From contig JAPEUI010000028.1 of assembly GCA_026025075.1 (NCBI GenBank), positions 62,001 to 126,000 on the forward strand: DNA of 64,000 bases, in the 5' to 3' direction. The translations under genes and the position numbers were made by a program. Under the pieces are notes generated by a model. It was not told the origin of the DNA. It was given only the letters and a program-made list of their open reading frames with translations, and ran no database searches. This DNA is from Vezdaea acicularis. Taxonomy: Eukaryota. Shown here in pieces: positions 1 through 11,476 of the stretch; the first letter of the stretch is position 1; each line of letters begins with the position of its first letter.

Positions 1-1134
1 CCTTCAAGATTTCAGGAGCAAAGCTTGTGATAAAGGTCTTAGAAAATTCAGCGTAGTTGTTCCCAGTGGTCGTAGAGAGTGTACTAGGGTTTCCGTATCT
101 GTGAAAATTTCATATTAAGAACACAATTTGACTAGAATGTCTTGCTTTGGCGTACCTGACGAATAACCTATTAAGGTTTGCATAGGCCCATTTCTTTGAT
201 TTCCACCAATGATTAAGCTCTCGATCCTCCAAATCTTCAGGCATAGCCTCAAGGGGGGCGTCCTTGTTTACCACCTGGATAAATAGCGTGCACCAACCGA
301 CCATGGTACTTTGGTCCTTGAGATGGGGAGGAAGCTCGAACTGGTCGAAGAGAATCAGTACTCTATTGAGCTAAGAGAGGGTGTCTGACGAACTTGGATA
401 GCGTGCTTGTATGATTTCATTACAAGCCTCAACATCTCCCCCGCTTCGTTACTCGTGGCTTCAAGCAGGCCATTACCTATTGTAAGTATCTGTGGAAATG
501 TTGCCTGGACCACCTTGTCGAATTCCGCCCGATTGCCACCGGCCTTGTATCGATAGACCCTACATATTGCTAACAAACATTGTAAACCCGCAAAGACTTG
601 GTCCGCGTCGTTCATTCCAAGTAATTGAATAGTAATATCTATGAAATTTGGCCATCTCTCTGGGAAGTCGTAGTGAAGAACTTTTTGTAGAATTGGTATT
701 AGCTGGGCTCTTATTTGCGGCGTTGAACTTGAAAGTATGGGAAGTATTCGAGAGCGTATTGTAATCTTTTCGTCTTCAGCAATGGGATGGCCTGGTATCA
801 GGTCTTCATCGGACCAGCCACGGTTCACGCGATTTTTGAGATACACGACAGCTGGAAAGCGTTATTAGCTTGGTATACTCCGACTGATAGCGAGACAAAC
901 TTGACATTCGGGTAGCAGCATCATTTTCCGTCTCCAAAATGTCGAGGAGCGCGCTGCAGAACCATGGCTGCGCTTCAGCCTGTAACAGAGAGGCAAGAAG
1001 TCAGTACTAACGGTAGTGTAAGCAGACGACCTCATAGAACTCACAAACTTTAGATCAAGCTCTGCCTGCCTGCGGATATCAGAGCTCACATCGAGCGTTG
1101 ATTGTATGCGGCTACGAAGGCCAGTGACATCCAT
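1..1134 (-). CDS. NMD5: Importin-beta family karyopherin (importin-7/8, Nmd5/Sxm1-like); multi-exon, runs off window start
   Basis: ATG at 1134 (MDVTGLRSRIQSTLD...RRQAELDLK). IBN_N motif YLKNRVNRGW, then DFPERWP and WWKSKKWAYANLNRLFVRY, on spliced ORFs 865-1134, 355-846 and 110-304. Confidence 0.88.
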
Positions 1135-1692
1135 GTTGAATTATATTGCAACCAGTGTGCCACGCGCCTGGAATTTGAATTTAGGCCCTGGCCAAGCAGA
1201 GGACCTGGAGAGACTCTACACACCGCCCAAGACCGCCCAAGAGTCAGTAGCAAGGATAGGTGTAGATATATTGTAGGATGAACAATGATTGCTATTTTGT
1301 AAGGACAAGTTTAGATTTCTTCTAGAAGTTGCTTTTATTTTTCCTCCTGCAAGGAGCGACTGGGGTGTGGCATGAATGCACGGACGAGATGCAGTTTTAT
1401 GAGAGCTCGGTCTAGCTCGCAAATGTGTTGACACTAAATTTGTGGCAACGGCATGTTCGACAACCAAAGATATTACAGCTTATCACTATGCACCATTTTC
1501 AATACAAATTTTATTGGAGGTAATGGTCATTTCGAGGTCTTGCGACGGACAAGAAGACATCCATTGAATCTCATGATTTCAAGATATACTACCATAATCT
1601 CAATGCTCTTTTGCATCGCGAGTCCATGCAAGCGATTCAAAGATGCTCTACTACTTACAGGCTTACCACAGTTCTGGTCATTGCAGACGCCT

Positions 1693-4600
1693 CTACATGT
1701 ACCTGCATCACAACATGAGTCAGCACAAGCGACACGACAACATAAAATTCGGGGATTAAGTATGGGCTTCTCTTACAAGGAAGCTACAGCAGTAACATCT
1801 CGCTTGATCATTTCCTGACACTCTTGCATTTTGGTGAAGAGCGTCGGGTCACCAACGATTCGCGCTGCGTTCTTGACTTCACGGCACGTCTCATCTAATC
1901 GGGTAATGACGCGAACGATAGTACCTTCTAGGACGTCTGTCAAGTCCGTAATGCGATTGAAGGACATGCCCCTTGCCCACTCATATACGACTTCAACAAG
2001 CCCAAAGCGGGGTCTGCTGACAAAGTCGTTAGAATCCTCACTGGAAAGGATGACTTGATATTGTGTCTGAAATGCATTGACTTTTTCGGAAATTTCGATA
2101 ATAATATCTCTCCCCCGTTCCAAGCTTGGAGTAAGCGTTGGTATGTTATCGGTCTTTTCCTGAAAGACGAAAGCAGAAAGTAAGGCCACTATCTCTTCCG
2201 GGTCGAATTCAGCGAAAATATTCTCCAGAATGAGTTCTGTCAAAATTAGTTCATCCGCAGAATGGATCTTCAATGGGAGTTCGTAAGCAGGGTCTCAAAG
2301 CATTTCCTATCAAGATGCAGCCTACCTCACATGCGACCTTGCCCTTCAACTCGATTCTCGAATTCTCATCGATAAAGTGTAGCTCTTTCAAAACAGCTAT
2401 TCGCTGCTCATAGTCAGGTAGAAGCAGCAGGTTTTGGTCTGACATAAGCTGTTTAAGCTGCGAAATGTTTTCCTGAATGAGCCACTCGTTGTGACGTGTC
2501 GCAAACTAACCCTATTAGCTGTGGCAATAAAACCTAGAGGTCAAACCTCATACATGTTTAGGAAATTCCGGACATGATAAACATGTTGCATCCTGGGCAA
2601 CGGCAACAGCCTTCTGTCGCTTTTCCAAGGTTTCTCGTAGCTGTAGTTCTTTGACACGATTCCAATCTAATTCGTCCCATTCGGGAGCTTCCCAGCGACG
2701 TATGAACTTCGAAGCCTCCTCTTGTAGTTCCCTTACTGCATCTACATCATTTCTTAGCATAGATAGCATGTTAATGGTGGAAGTTTCAATACCTTTATCC
2801 TTACGGAATTGGGAAAGGGACATCTGAACCTTTGAGATAGTGTTTGTGAAACATTCAACCTCACTTAAAGGCACTTCGACAACTCTTAGTCTCGCTTCAA
2901 GAGTCTCGGATAATTCGGTAAAGTATGATCTGAATGCAGGAAGATAAGGAAGCATATCCCCTTTCGATCCATTAGTACAATGTCTAATGGAGAGTTGTAG
3001 AATTACCTGTCTGGCGCTTTTCTACAGTAGTGGCCAGCTCTAAGATATGAGCAGAGCTATTAGCGCCTTTCGATGTTGGCTCTCGAACCAGCAAGCCTGC
3101 CGCGCGGGTACCGTTCTACCTCTGTCAGTTATTGTTCTAGATAAGAATATCCTAAGTCCGCCTACATCAACGAACACTACTAGACGTTTTGGGCAGCACA
3201 TCCTTCTTCCAACTGGAGACGCCATTAGTCCAATGTGTAGTTCTGTTGTCAGTCTAGAGTAATCAATTGAAGCCTGGTGAACAGAATCTAGGTCCGCATC
3301 GCATATATTACAGGTAGCCCGTTTGATCCTTGCGAGGTCTGCTTCCGATGACTTAATTTGCTTCTCCTGCTCCGGGAGCAGAGCTTGTGTTGCATTCTCG
3401 CTGAAGCTCCGCTTAATCATTTCCTCAATCTTCAAGGCCTCGACTCTGAGAAGATTAAGGATCATGTTGTAGGAAAGACGGAACTGCGAGCGAAGCTTCG
3501 TTGGCTCTCCCAGAATCATTTGTTTTAACGTAGAAACGGAAGGAGCTTCATCTCGATTTGAATGAATAATCACCGATCCCACTGGGTCAAGGCCTCGCCG
3601 TCCAGCTCTACCTGCCATTTGAGTGTATTCACCAGGGAGTAGGTCTCTAAACTCATGTCCATCATGCTTGCGATATCCTGAGAATACGACCGTTCGCGTA
3701 GGTAAATTCAACCCCATTGCAAATGTTTCAGTTGCAAAGAGAACCTTGACCAACGTTTTTGCGAAGAGGATCTCGACGCATTCCTTCACAATTGGTAATA
3801 GGCCCCCATGGTGAACTGCGATTCCACGGCTTAGGAGTTCCCTCAAACGTCGAATCTGTGGCAGCTGCCTGTCTTCTTGCTTCAGTCGAGCGAGCGATTT
3901 TTCAAGGATCATATGAATTGCACTCTTCTCCGCCGCTGTACAGTAGTCCAAGTTTGAAAGTGAGTCTGCATTTAATTCGCAACGCTTCTTGGAGAAAACG
4001 AATATACACGCAGGAAGTAAATCTTCCTTTCTGAGGTGCTGAACAAGATGAACCCAAGTGTTACGATCTTGGGCAGCAGATGTGTACATACCTCCACGTC
4101 CTGCTCGGGCTATATTTCCTCCACCTGGCCCGCGATTGGAGTGGCCTCGTGTCCCACGGGTAGAATCGCCACGTCGGGTCTGGCCACGGCTACCAGTTCG
4201 TTGGTTATTTCCACGATTTCCGCCTCTCTGATTTGCCCCCTTAGATTGATTAGCAGCTTGCTCATGAGCTAGTGGCGTTTTTATCTTGTCGCGGCCAGAG
4301 ATGATGTCACTAGCCTCTTTCCAGCCGTTATCAAGGAATTTCTTATCCGCATCTACAATCTTATACATCCCCTTTCCAGCCCATAAATAATGCTCCAGAG
4401 GGACTGGCCTCTTTGGAGTTGAAATGACATATATATCCTTCTTTTTTGTTCGGCCAACCCAAGAAGCGAACTCATAAGTATTAGGGACGGTAGCTGAAAG
4501 TAAAATTAACGTAACATGCTCAGGTAGCATGATGATAACCTCTTCCCAGACTACACCACGTTCAAGGTCATTGACGTAATGGACTTCATCGAAAATGACA

Positions 4601-5937
4601 AATTCAACATCCCGAATCAAGTCTGCGCCTCGATAGAGCATACTTCTCAGTATTTCTGTAGTCATGATCAAACAACTTGCTTCCGGCCGGATCTGAACAT
4701 CGCCTGTGAGAATGCCGACATCTTCAAATATTTGCCTGAAGTCTCGGAACTTCTGGTTGCTTAAAGCTTTGATTGGAGACGTGTAGATGGCCTTCGTCAT
4801 ATGTTTAGCAGCAAGAGCAATAGCATATTCAGCTACAACTGTTTTCCCCGCAGACGTATGAGCCGCAACAAAGACAGAGTCTCCGTTCTCCAAATGGTAT
4901 ACTGCTTCCTTCTGAAATGTGTCTAGCTCAAAAGGCCATTCCTTAGCCATATCTGGTACTATTTCCCGGAAATTTGTGATATCTCGGTTGATGTCCACCA
5001 TATGAGCCCACTGCCGGTCGAATCTTCTTGCTGCGGGTTGTGTAAGCTTACCACGTGGTTCAAGGGCCGGAAACTCTATCGGTAGTAGGGAGTCAATGTC
5101 ATCCTCATCCGCCGACTCTTGCCCATTCAAATCCTTTAGTATCTCACCACTATTACTTTTGGAAGATGGAACAACGTTGATATTCTGTTCTTCGTTACTC
5201 CCAAGTGTTCTCTCGATGTCTTCGGCGTCCTCTTGAGCTCTCTTTGAAGGAGCCTTTGAGAACTTTAGCCCCCGAGAGAAGCCTGGCGGGGTCTCGAGGA
5301 GGCCACCTTCACTCCCAAAATCAATCACCCTATCCAAGGCATTCTTGGGAGGTACAGCTTGATCTGAAGCTTGCGCTGGAATAGGTTGATCTTCAATGGC
5401 CGCAGCAGCTTCTATAGCATCGAGGCCGCCAGGAGCAAAGGGAAGGAATCCTGCCGCACCTCTCACAAAATCTGCCCGGTTTGCGGGCTTTCGTAGTATG
5501 GACGTCGAATTCTTCGCCGTCGCGCTACTTGCTGGTACCGTGACCTCAACGTACCCTGTGACTCTTCCTTCGAGACCTTCTCTATTGAATCGAGTTATTG
5601 TACGCGTCTGGGTCGGTGCAATCTCCAACAGGTTTGTATAGTCCGGGGGGGCATCCCATCGCCTGTGTTATACGAGTAAACTTTAGCATGTATATTCAAT
5701 AAGGGACTTAGAAAATATAGGGCTATACTGCTGCAGCTGATTGAGCCATTCAGAAGAGAAGACTTTTGATGGAGTGAGAAACTCTGCCTCCAGCTCTTTT
5801 CGGATCTCATCTTGAGACGGTCTTAACTTCTGTCGTAGCTTCTGCTCATGAAGTTTGCTGTCAACAATGTCATCATTTGAGGTCGATTCAGTGGCGAAGC
5901 GGATTTCCTCCAACGCGCGTCGAAGGTCCTCACCCAT
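1693..5937 (-). CDS. SKI2: Ski2 DExH-box RNA helicase (cytoplasmic exosome cofactor), multi-exon
   Basis: Motifs [22 protein letters not shown] and [10 protein letters not shown], plus a DSHCT C-terminus. A 10-nt last exon (1702-1693) after a GTAAGA...GCTGAC...CAG intron restores the conserved ...ASLYM* end. Confidence 0.96.
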
Positions 5938-6456
5938 GCTTAACCAAATATTGCGTTACTATCCTCAATTATAGCCAAACATATCATTTTGAGGTTTTGA
6001 TGAACACAGAAACCTACGTCACAATTGACACCCAAACTCTCTTCTATGTAAGTTCAATATGAGTTTGGCGGAAGCAATTCAAGAATCTTGTTGTGTATTC
6101 GAGATACTATCATGTCAACCACATGTAATTCAGACGTTGACAGAGATAACAGCCCACACGCGTGTTTTTTTTTTCTTTCATTTTTTGTGTACAAAACGGG
6201 CATACTGATTCTAAGACAAGAACCTCAAAGGCAACGCCCCAAGGGAGCGAATCGTAACGCCTCCAGCTAAATGTTTCCGTACCCCTCTAAGTCAATCGAA
6301 AACCACTTTTGGTGACAAATGAGAATTAATTTAGACAACAATAGGCTTTGTTTCCAAGCTCAAACTTAGCCGCCAGACTTTTGAAGCTTCACAGAATGTG
6401 AATGCGCTATAACAGACATCGTAAAGTGGCGCGCGCAATGCTATACATTGACGCCC

Positions 6457-7199
6457 TTAAGAAGATGCCACATCAGATTCTACAACAATAATGGAGATAC
6501 CGACCCAATCTTGTGTTATGATGACACTTCCGTCATACCAACGTATATCCCACGAGCCGTTACCTCTGGGGATGGCAATCCAAGCGCTTTGTGTCACGCC
6601 ATCAAGAGGCTCATAGCTCAGGTATCGTAGGGTTCCATTGGTAAGTTCGGTCGAGAAGCCAGGAGAAACGATCCAGCCCCCGGTCTGCAATGCTGTGGGA
6701 TATGAAGGTAATGGCTGCGCTGGATATGTAAAATAATCTTGAATTTGTAGGAATCCAGATGGGCCGACCAACGCCAACTGATCAGACACGTTCAGGAAAG
6801 GATATGCGTGGAAGGAAGAGGTAGTGGAAGTGATGCCAGCTGCATCCACAAACTGAAAGGCAGTCGCGCCCGAAGTGTTTTCTTGAATTCTATGATTACT
6901 TTGTGAGCACGGACACTCATGAACGCGGAGATAATAATACCCAATGACTGAATTATTGTCGATACTCAGATATGCATCATTGAAAGACAAGGAAAGGCTG
7001 CTCAACATTAGTAAAACCACCTCGCCGTGGCAAACATTCACCCACGGAGATGGTACCTGTGTGCGATAAGTTTATAAGATCGTAAGTTACTCTTAGATCC
7101 AACAACCTTTGTCGGGGACGATGTAGCAGGTGTAGACCGAATCGTGGTTAGCGCAAGACAAACATTGAAAGTGAATATGATCGCGAGTAAACGTCTCAT
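6457..7199 (-). CDS. Hypothetical secreted protein, probably 3 exons
   Basis: ATG at 7199 gives a signal-peptide-like start (MRRLLAIIFTFNVCLALTT). It splices via GT..TACTAAT..CAG into ORF 6457-7041 (…AWIAIPRGNGSWDIRWYDG…). No family recognised. Confidence 0.6.
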
Positions 7200-8136
7200 C
7201 TTGAGCGGTCTGGCGGACCGTATGGACTTGTAGGATGAGGTTCTTTTGAAGGCTTGGATACTGTAAAACAGATCTTATGAAGATCAAGAGGAGAATAGGA
7301 AGCTTACTGAAAGATGCAAATGTAGGGAATGAAGGACTGACGCGATTGAAAGGCAAAGCTTGTGACGTGTTTCTCACAAGGAATTAAAGAATCATTCCAC
7401 GGACCTAAAACAGAAAGCCAAGATCTGGGTGCGAAGTTTGTTCACGATTAACCAAGCTACGTGAATGACACAGACAGTGCGGGAAATAGTGACACCGATC
7501 CACTTATGCCTTTTCCGCGTTAAGGTGGAGGCCGCCAAACAAAACTTAGCTTCCTCGCCCTTGGAGTATCTGATTCTGGCCATGAGGAGAAAGCTATGGG
7601 ACGTGATTGGGTTACTAGATAAGCCTTGCAATCCTTTGTGAAGGCTACTGTGCAAGACCCGAGGCGCTATTAGATTTGCGCTGGGCCTCGTCAAGGGGCG
7701 TGCTCCCCAGCCTTGCTCCCTATTACCGACGAAGGATCCACACTCAGAGTCAGCTGCATCCTGAGGGAAAGCATTTAGTCAGAGACGATCCATTTAACTT
7801 ATCATGGAGTCTCAAAAACGGACCGATAATGTCGAGAATGCTATATGAAACCTGCCCGGGATCAAAATATAGTCGAGCTAGAACCATGTCGTTGGAAAAC
7901 TATTTGCCCACCCGTTTTCGCACAAGCTCGGCTTCTTTCATGGGACAAGTCCAGATGTGTTCGGCAATATACCCGTCACGATAGAGTAGCAGAAGAATTA
8001 AAAAAGTGTTGCAGCACGACAAGCTCATGACTCGAGATCTCTGCCCATATTAAATGAGCGCGTGCCGACGTTCATTGGAACCCAACGATGCACCTAGGTA
8101 AACAAGCGCTGGCGTTCGTGGTTTGCATTCCTTACA

Positions 8137-9490
8137 ATGGAGGCATCGACTTCTATGCGTAGAAGTCAGTCCGAAGCTACGTATAAGGAAAAAGAGGATT
8201 TTAATTTCAAGCCGAGGATTGCGGAGATTCTTCGAACAGATTATTGCATACCGTCGATAGTTCTTCTTGTCACGAAGATTCAGGTACTGAAAGTGCTCAA
8301 AAGTGAGGAAGACCTTGAGGCTTATCGCCTCTGGTTGAACGATGGAGAGAAAGTTATTCAGGGTAAGCGGGGTAAGATCTGGAATGGCAGTTTTGGCTGA
8401 TTTAGATTTGCGAAAGGGCTCCTCAGAACAGAAATGCATCGCTTTGTGGCTACTGGTGAGATCATAGAGGGGTCTTATGTGCAGCTAGATCATTATTATA
8501 TTGGCATTTCACCCAGGACTAACGGTGATGGTCATGTTGCGTAAGTCATGTCAAGGTTCAAGCATCGTCCACTGTCTGATCCTAGGTAGCTATCTTGCCA
8601 TACACGACATCCATACTGTTGGCCATGATCGGCGTTTTCCGCGGCAGCCTGTGTCTTTCGAGATTAAAGGCGAGACGAAGCTCAAAGAGGAGCCCACTAA
8701 GAAGAAGCCGTTACGTCTGATAGAAGGATTTTCCAATGCGGTTACGAACGATCAGGCGCCTCGCGAGGAAGTCAATTTCGACTATAAAGAGCTTGATTCA
8801 CCCGTACTTAGGGCTAGGAACCCTGTCCCTCGCATTTTATCTGCAGAAGACGATCCTGCGGCTGTTCAGAACCTCCAGCTCTTCCTGTCAACACGACCTC
8901 GAACCTTCTCATTCTACCATGAGGCCATCCCAGCACATTTCATGAAGTGTTTCACATCCCTTCTCCCCTTTTATCGGCGGCCCAAATATCCTCCATCGCT
9001 AGAAGCTGCTTGTAAAACCTTATCAACCTATGCTCTCACGTCCTTGGAGAATTTTCGTCCGCTGACTCCCCTTCCCGCTCCACCCCCTCGAAAGGTTCAC
9101 AACCTTGCGGACTTCCTTGCGCTGAAACCCACGCAAAATCGGATATGTAACGTTTTTGCTTGCGTTCTTTCTATGACGGAGCAGCTATCTTATCCATCAT
9201 CCTTTAATCACCCCAAGCGAGACGTCCAGCTCATTGATTGGACAAGAGAGCTGCCAATTACTCTGAGCGTATGGGTTGAAGCCGAGAATTTTGCGGTGGC
9301 TAAAGGTACACCAGTACTGTTCTTGAATCTAAAGAACCATCGCTTCGGTGGTGGAAGCTTAAACGCATACCGGAAGGACTGTGAAGGTCGCGACTGGTAT
9401 ATACCTAACCCTGAAGGCGTGGAAGGTTGCGACGTAAGCAGAATGCGACAATTTTGGACAGATTGGTATAATAAGGAGCGTTCCAATTAA
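8137..9490 (+). CDS. RPA1-like OB-fold protein (RPA70N-like domain plus one DBD-B-like domain), 3 exons
   Basis: Spliced N-domain YRLWLNDGEKVIQGLLRTEMHRFVATGEIIEGSYVQLDHY resembles RPA70N. C-domain KRDVQLIDWTRELPITLSVWVEAENF…PVLFLNLKNHRFGGGSLN resembles RPA70 DBD-B. Confidence 0.7.
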
Positions 9491-9541
9491 GGATGTGATA
9501 GAAGACGGAGAAGAGCTTTTGGTATGGCCCTTAAAACATGC

Positions 9542-10621
9542 TCAGACAGCTTTGTCCTCAAGTGTTTTCTCCCATTTGCCACTCCAATCCGTGAACTTAT
9601 CTTCTTTCGCGTTCCAGTCCATTCTCACAGCGCTTACAACACTTCGAGCCAGCTCGACAATCTTGCCCATCTCATCGGTCGCACTTTGCCCATCCAAATC
9701 ATAGTAGAAGCTTACAAGCTCATCTACGTGCTCTGGAATTGCCTTGAGGCGAGAAAGTAAAGTGTCCAGTTCTGATATTGGCGGTGTTGTAGGAATTTCA
9801 TTCTCTAAATGGGATTTAAACCAAGGTAGAGTCGGTATTCGTCGCTTGGTTAAGGCAGGGTATAACATAGCTACCAGCTTTAATTGCTTCAGTGTCTTCG
9901 CAACCATTTCCTGCAGCGTAGTGTCTGTCTTTGGCAACCGCTTCGTTGCGAAAATGCTGGAGGGGGCCTCGCTTGAGCTTGTTGCAATGTCTTCATCACC
10001 GCTATCTTCCCTATCAGATGCTACATCGAGAGACCAATCGCGTAACTCGCTGATAGCGTCTTGGAAAGTGTCATGCCACTGGTTGATCTTATGGGAGAGG
10101 AGTCCCGGCATTCCCAATGCTTTCAAGACTATTACCGAGTCACATGCTTCCCAGACAATGCCCGTGCTTGCTAGACTAGCCACATGTTCGTTCTTATCTA
10201 TAGCCCTTGCGTTACCTTTGACAGGTATTTCTTCTATGAAATTTCCCAACTCTTGGAGCACTCTTTGTACTCTCAAAGTCACTTCTCTGTGCATCAATTT
10301 GCCCCAGGACTGTGGCCCGCACTGCTGAGCTGCGGCTACCATAGCTGGCAACGCACCCGTCGATAGCTCGCGAAGGATTCTGCATATTTCAGAGGGTGTG
10401 AATGGCTCATTGATTATGAGTAAGGATATTTTGGTAGATTGTGCTCGGATTAACGAAGAACTCTGCTCGAGAAGGTCCAAAGGTGAAGTTTGTATGATCA
10501 AAGGTTCACTCGTTGCATCGGTCGGGGTTTTTGACAAAGCTCCGTCTAACGCAGCGAGAATTGTGGATGATGATTCAACCGTTAAACGTAGAGCTGTGAG
10601 GTCTGACTGGCTAGGCACCAT
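9542..10621 (-). CDS. GCIP (Grap2 and cyclin-D-interacting / CCNDBP1-like) domain protein, single exon
   Basis: 359-aa ORF with STKISLL…, LASTGIVWEACD and DAISELRDW followed by an acidic stretch, typical of the GCIP family. Confidence 0.8.
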   Translation of the reverse strand: MVPSQSDLTALRLTVESSSTILAALDGALSKTPTDATSEPLIIQTSPLDLLEQSSSLIRAQSTKISLLIINEPFTPSEICRILRELSTGALPAMVAAAQQCGPQSWGKLMHREVTLRVQRVLQELGNFIEEIPVKGNARAIDKNEHVASLASTGIVWEACDSVIVLKALGMPGLLSHKINQWHDTFQDAISELRDWSLDVASDREDSGDEDIATSSSEAPSSIFATKRLPKTDTTLQEMVAKTLKQLKLVAMLYPALTKRRIPTLPWFKSHLENEIPTTPPISELDTLLSRLKAIPEHVDELVSFYYDLDGQSATDEMGKIVELARSVVSAVRMDWNAKEDKFTDWSGKWEKTLEDKAV

Positions 10622-10823
10622 CTTGGACCAGCTTTGAAGGCGTTGTGTATGAAGTAGATCTCTACCATGGAAAAAAAGCCCTAATAGATGACCCTTGTCT
10701 TTTATGCCATAGTAATACGACGCTAGTGTGACTTGCGCTAACTGGGGTTTGATCTGCGAAAAGCTTATTTAATGACATGCAGGCTGCTCCGCCACTACGC
10801 TTAGATCCCTGGACATGCGCACG

Positions 10824-10958
10824 CGGTTGCCAGAAAAACCCGCATACCAGAGGTTTAGCAAGGTACCTGACCACCAAATTTGTGTAGAGGAGTACTTCGC
10901 TTTACCAGCGAAACTTGCCTCTTTGGCCCTTACGATGTGCGGGTATTTCTGGCAACCG
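10824..10958. repeat. 21-bp inverted repeat pair (MITE-like or hairpin)
   Basis: cggttgccagaaaaacccgca (10824-10844) and tgcgggtatttctggcaaccg (10938-10958) are reverse complements with one mismatch. Confidence 0.8.
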
Positions 10959-10985
10959 GGTGATGCGGTGTCAAGACTTAAGAGC

Positions 10986-11008
10986 CAAGCGGGTAACTTA
11001 CCCGCTTG
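10986..11008. repeat. Perfect 11+1+11 palindrome containing two inverted CGGGTAA motifs
   Basis: caagcgggtaa-c-ttacccgcttg. Confidence 0.85.
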
Positions 11009-11476
11009 ATTGCTTAGCAATACAATTTAGATCCGTTGACATGTTCGAGGGTTTTGTGTGAGAAGTAAGAATGTCTACAAACCCAAGGTTCTTCACTTTA
11101 GCAGGGCACAGACAGCGATAGTAGGTGCTTCATCTCATATCTACTGTTATTCTTGCGAGCCCCTGTTCTAGTGAGGCTTTCACATACTATCACTACCCTG
11201 GAAAATACAGTTCACACGCACTTCGTGAGTTTTTAGTAGAACGCCTTCTTTGGTGCCTCGAAAGATCTTACGACGGCTCATACCAGCGAGCTCTAGTCCT
11301 ATTACCAATCCTGCTAATCGAGATATGGGATGATCATACTTTCGGGCGTAGGCAGCTACTACTACGAGGCGAATTGGTAATAATCTGTTTACCAAGCTAT
11401 GTATCGCCAAAGCATTGCATAGTGACTCTAATTCGGGGTTTTACGTATCTGATTTGTTGTTCTGATATGTTTTTAG

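Noticed and set aside
1773..1775. Apparent premature SKI2 stop (…ASL*)
   Set aside because: The stop lies in an intron donor (TT|GTAAGA); a 10-nt last exon restores …SLYM*.
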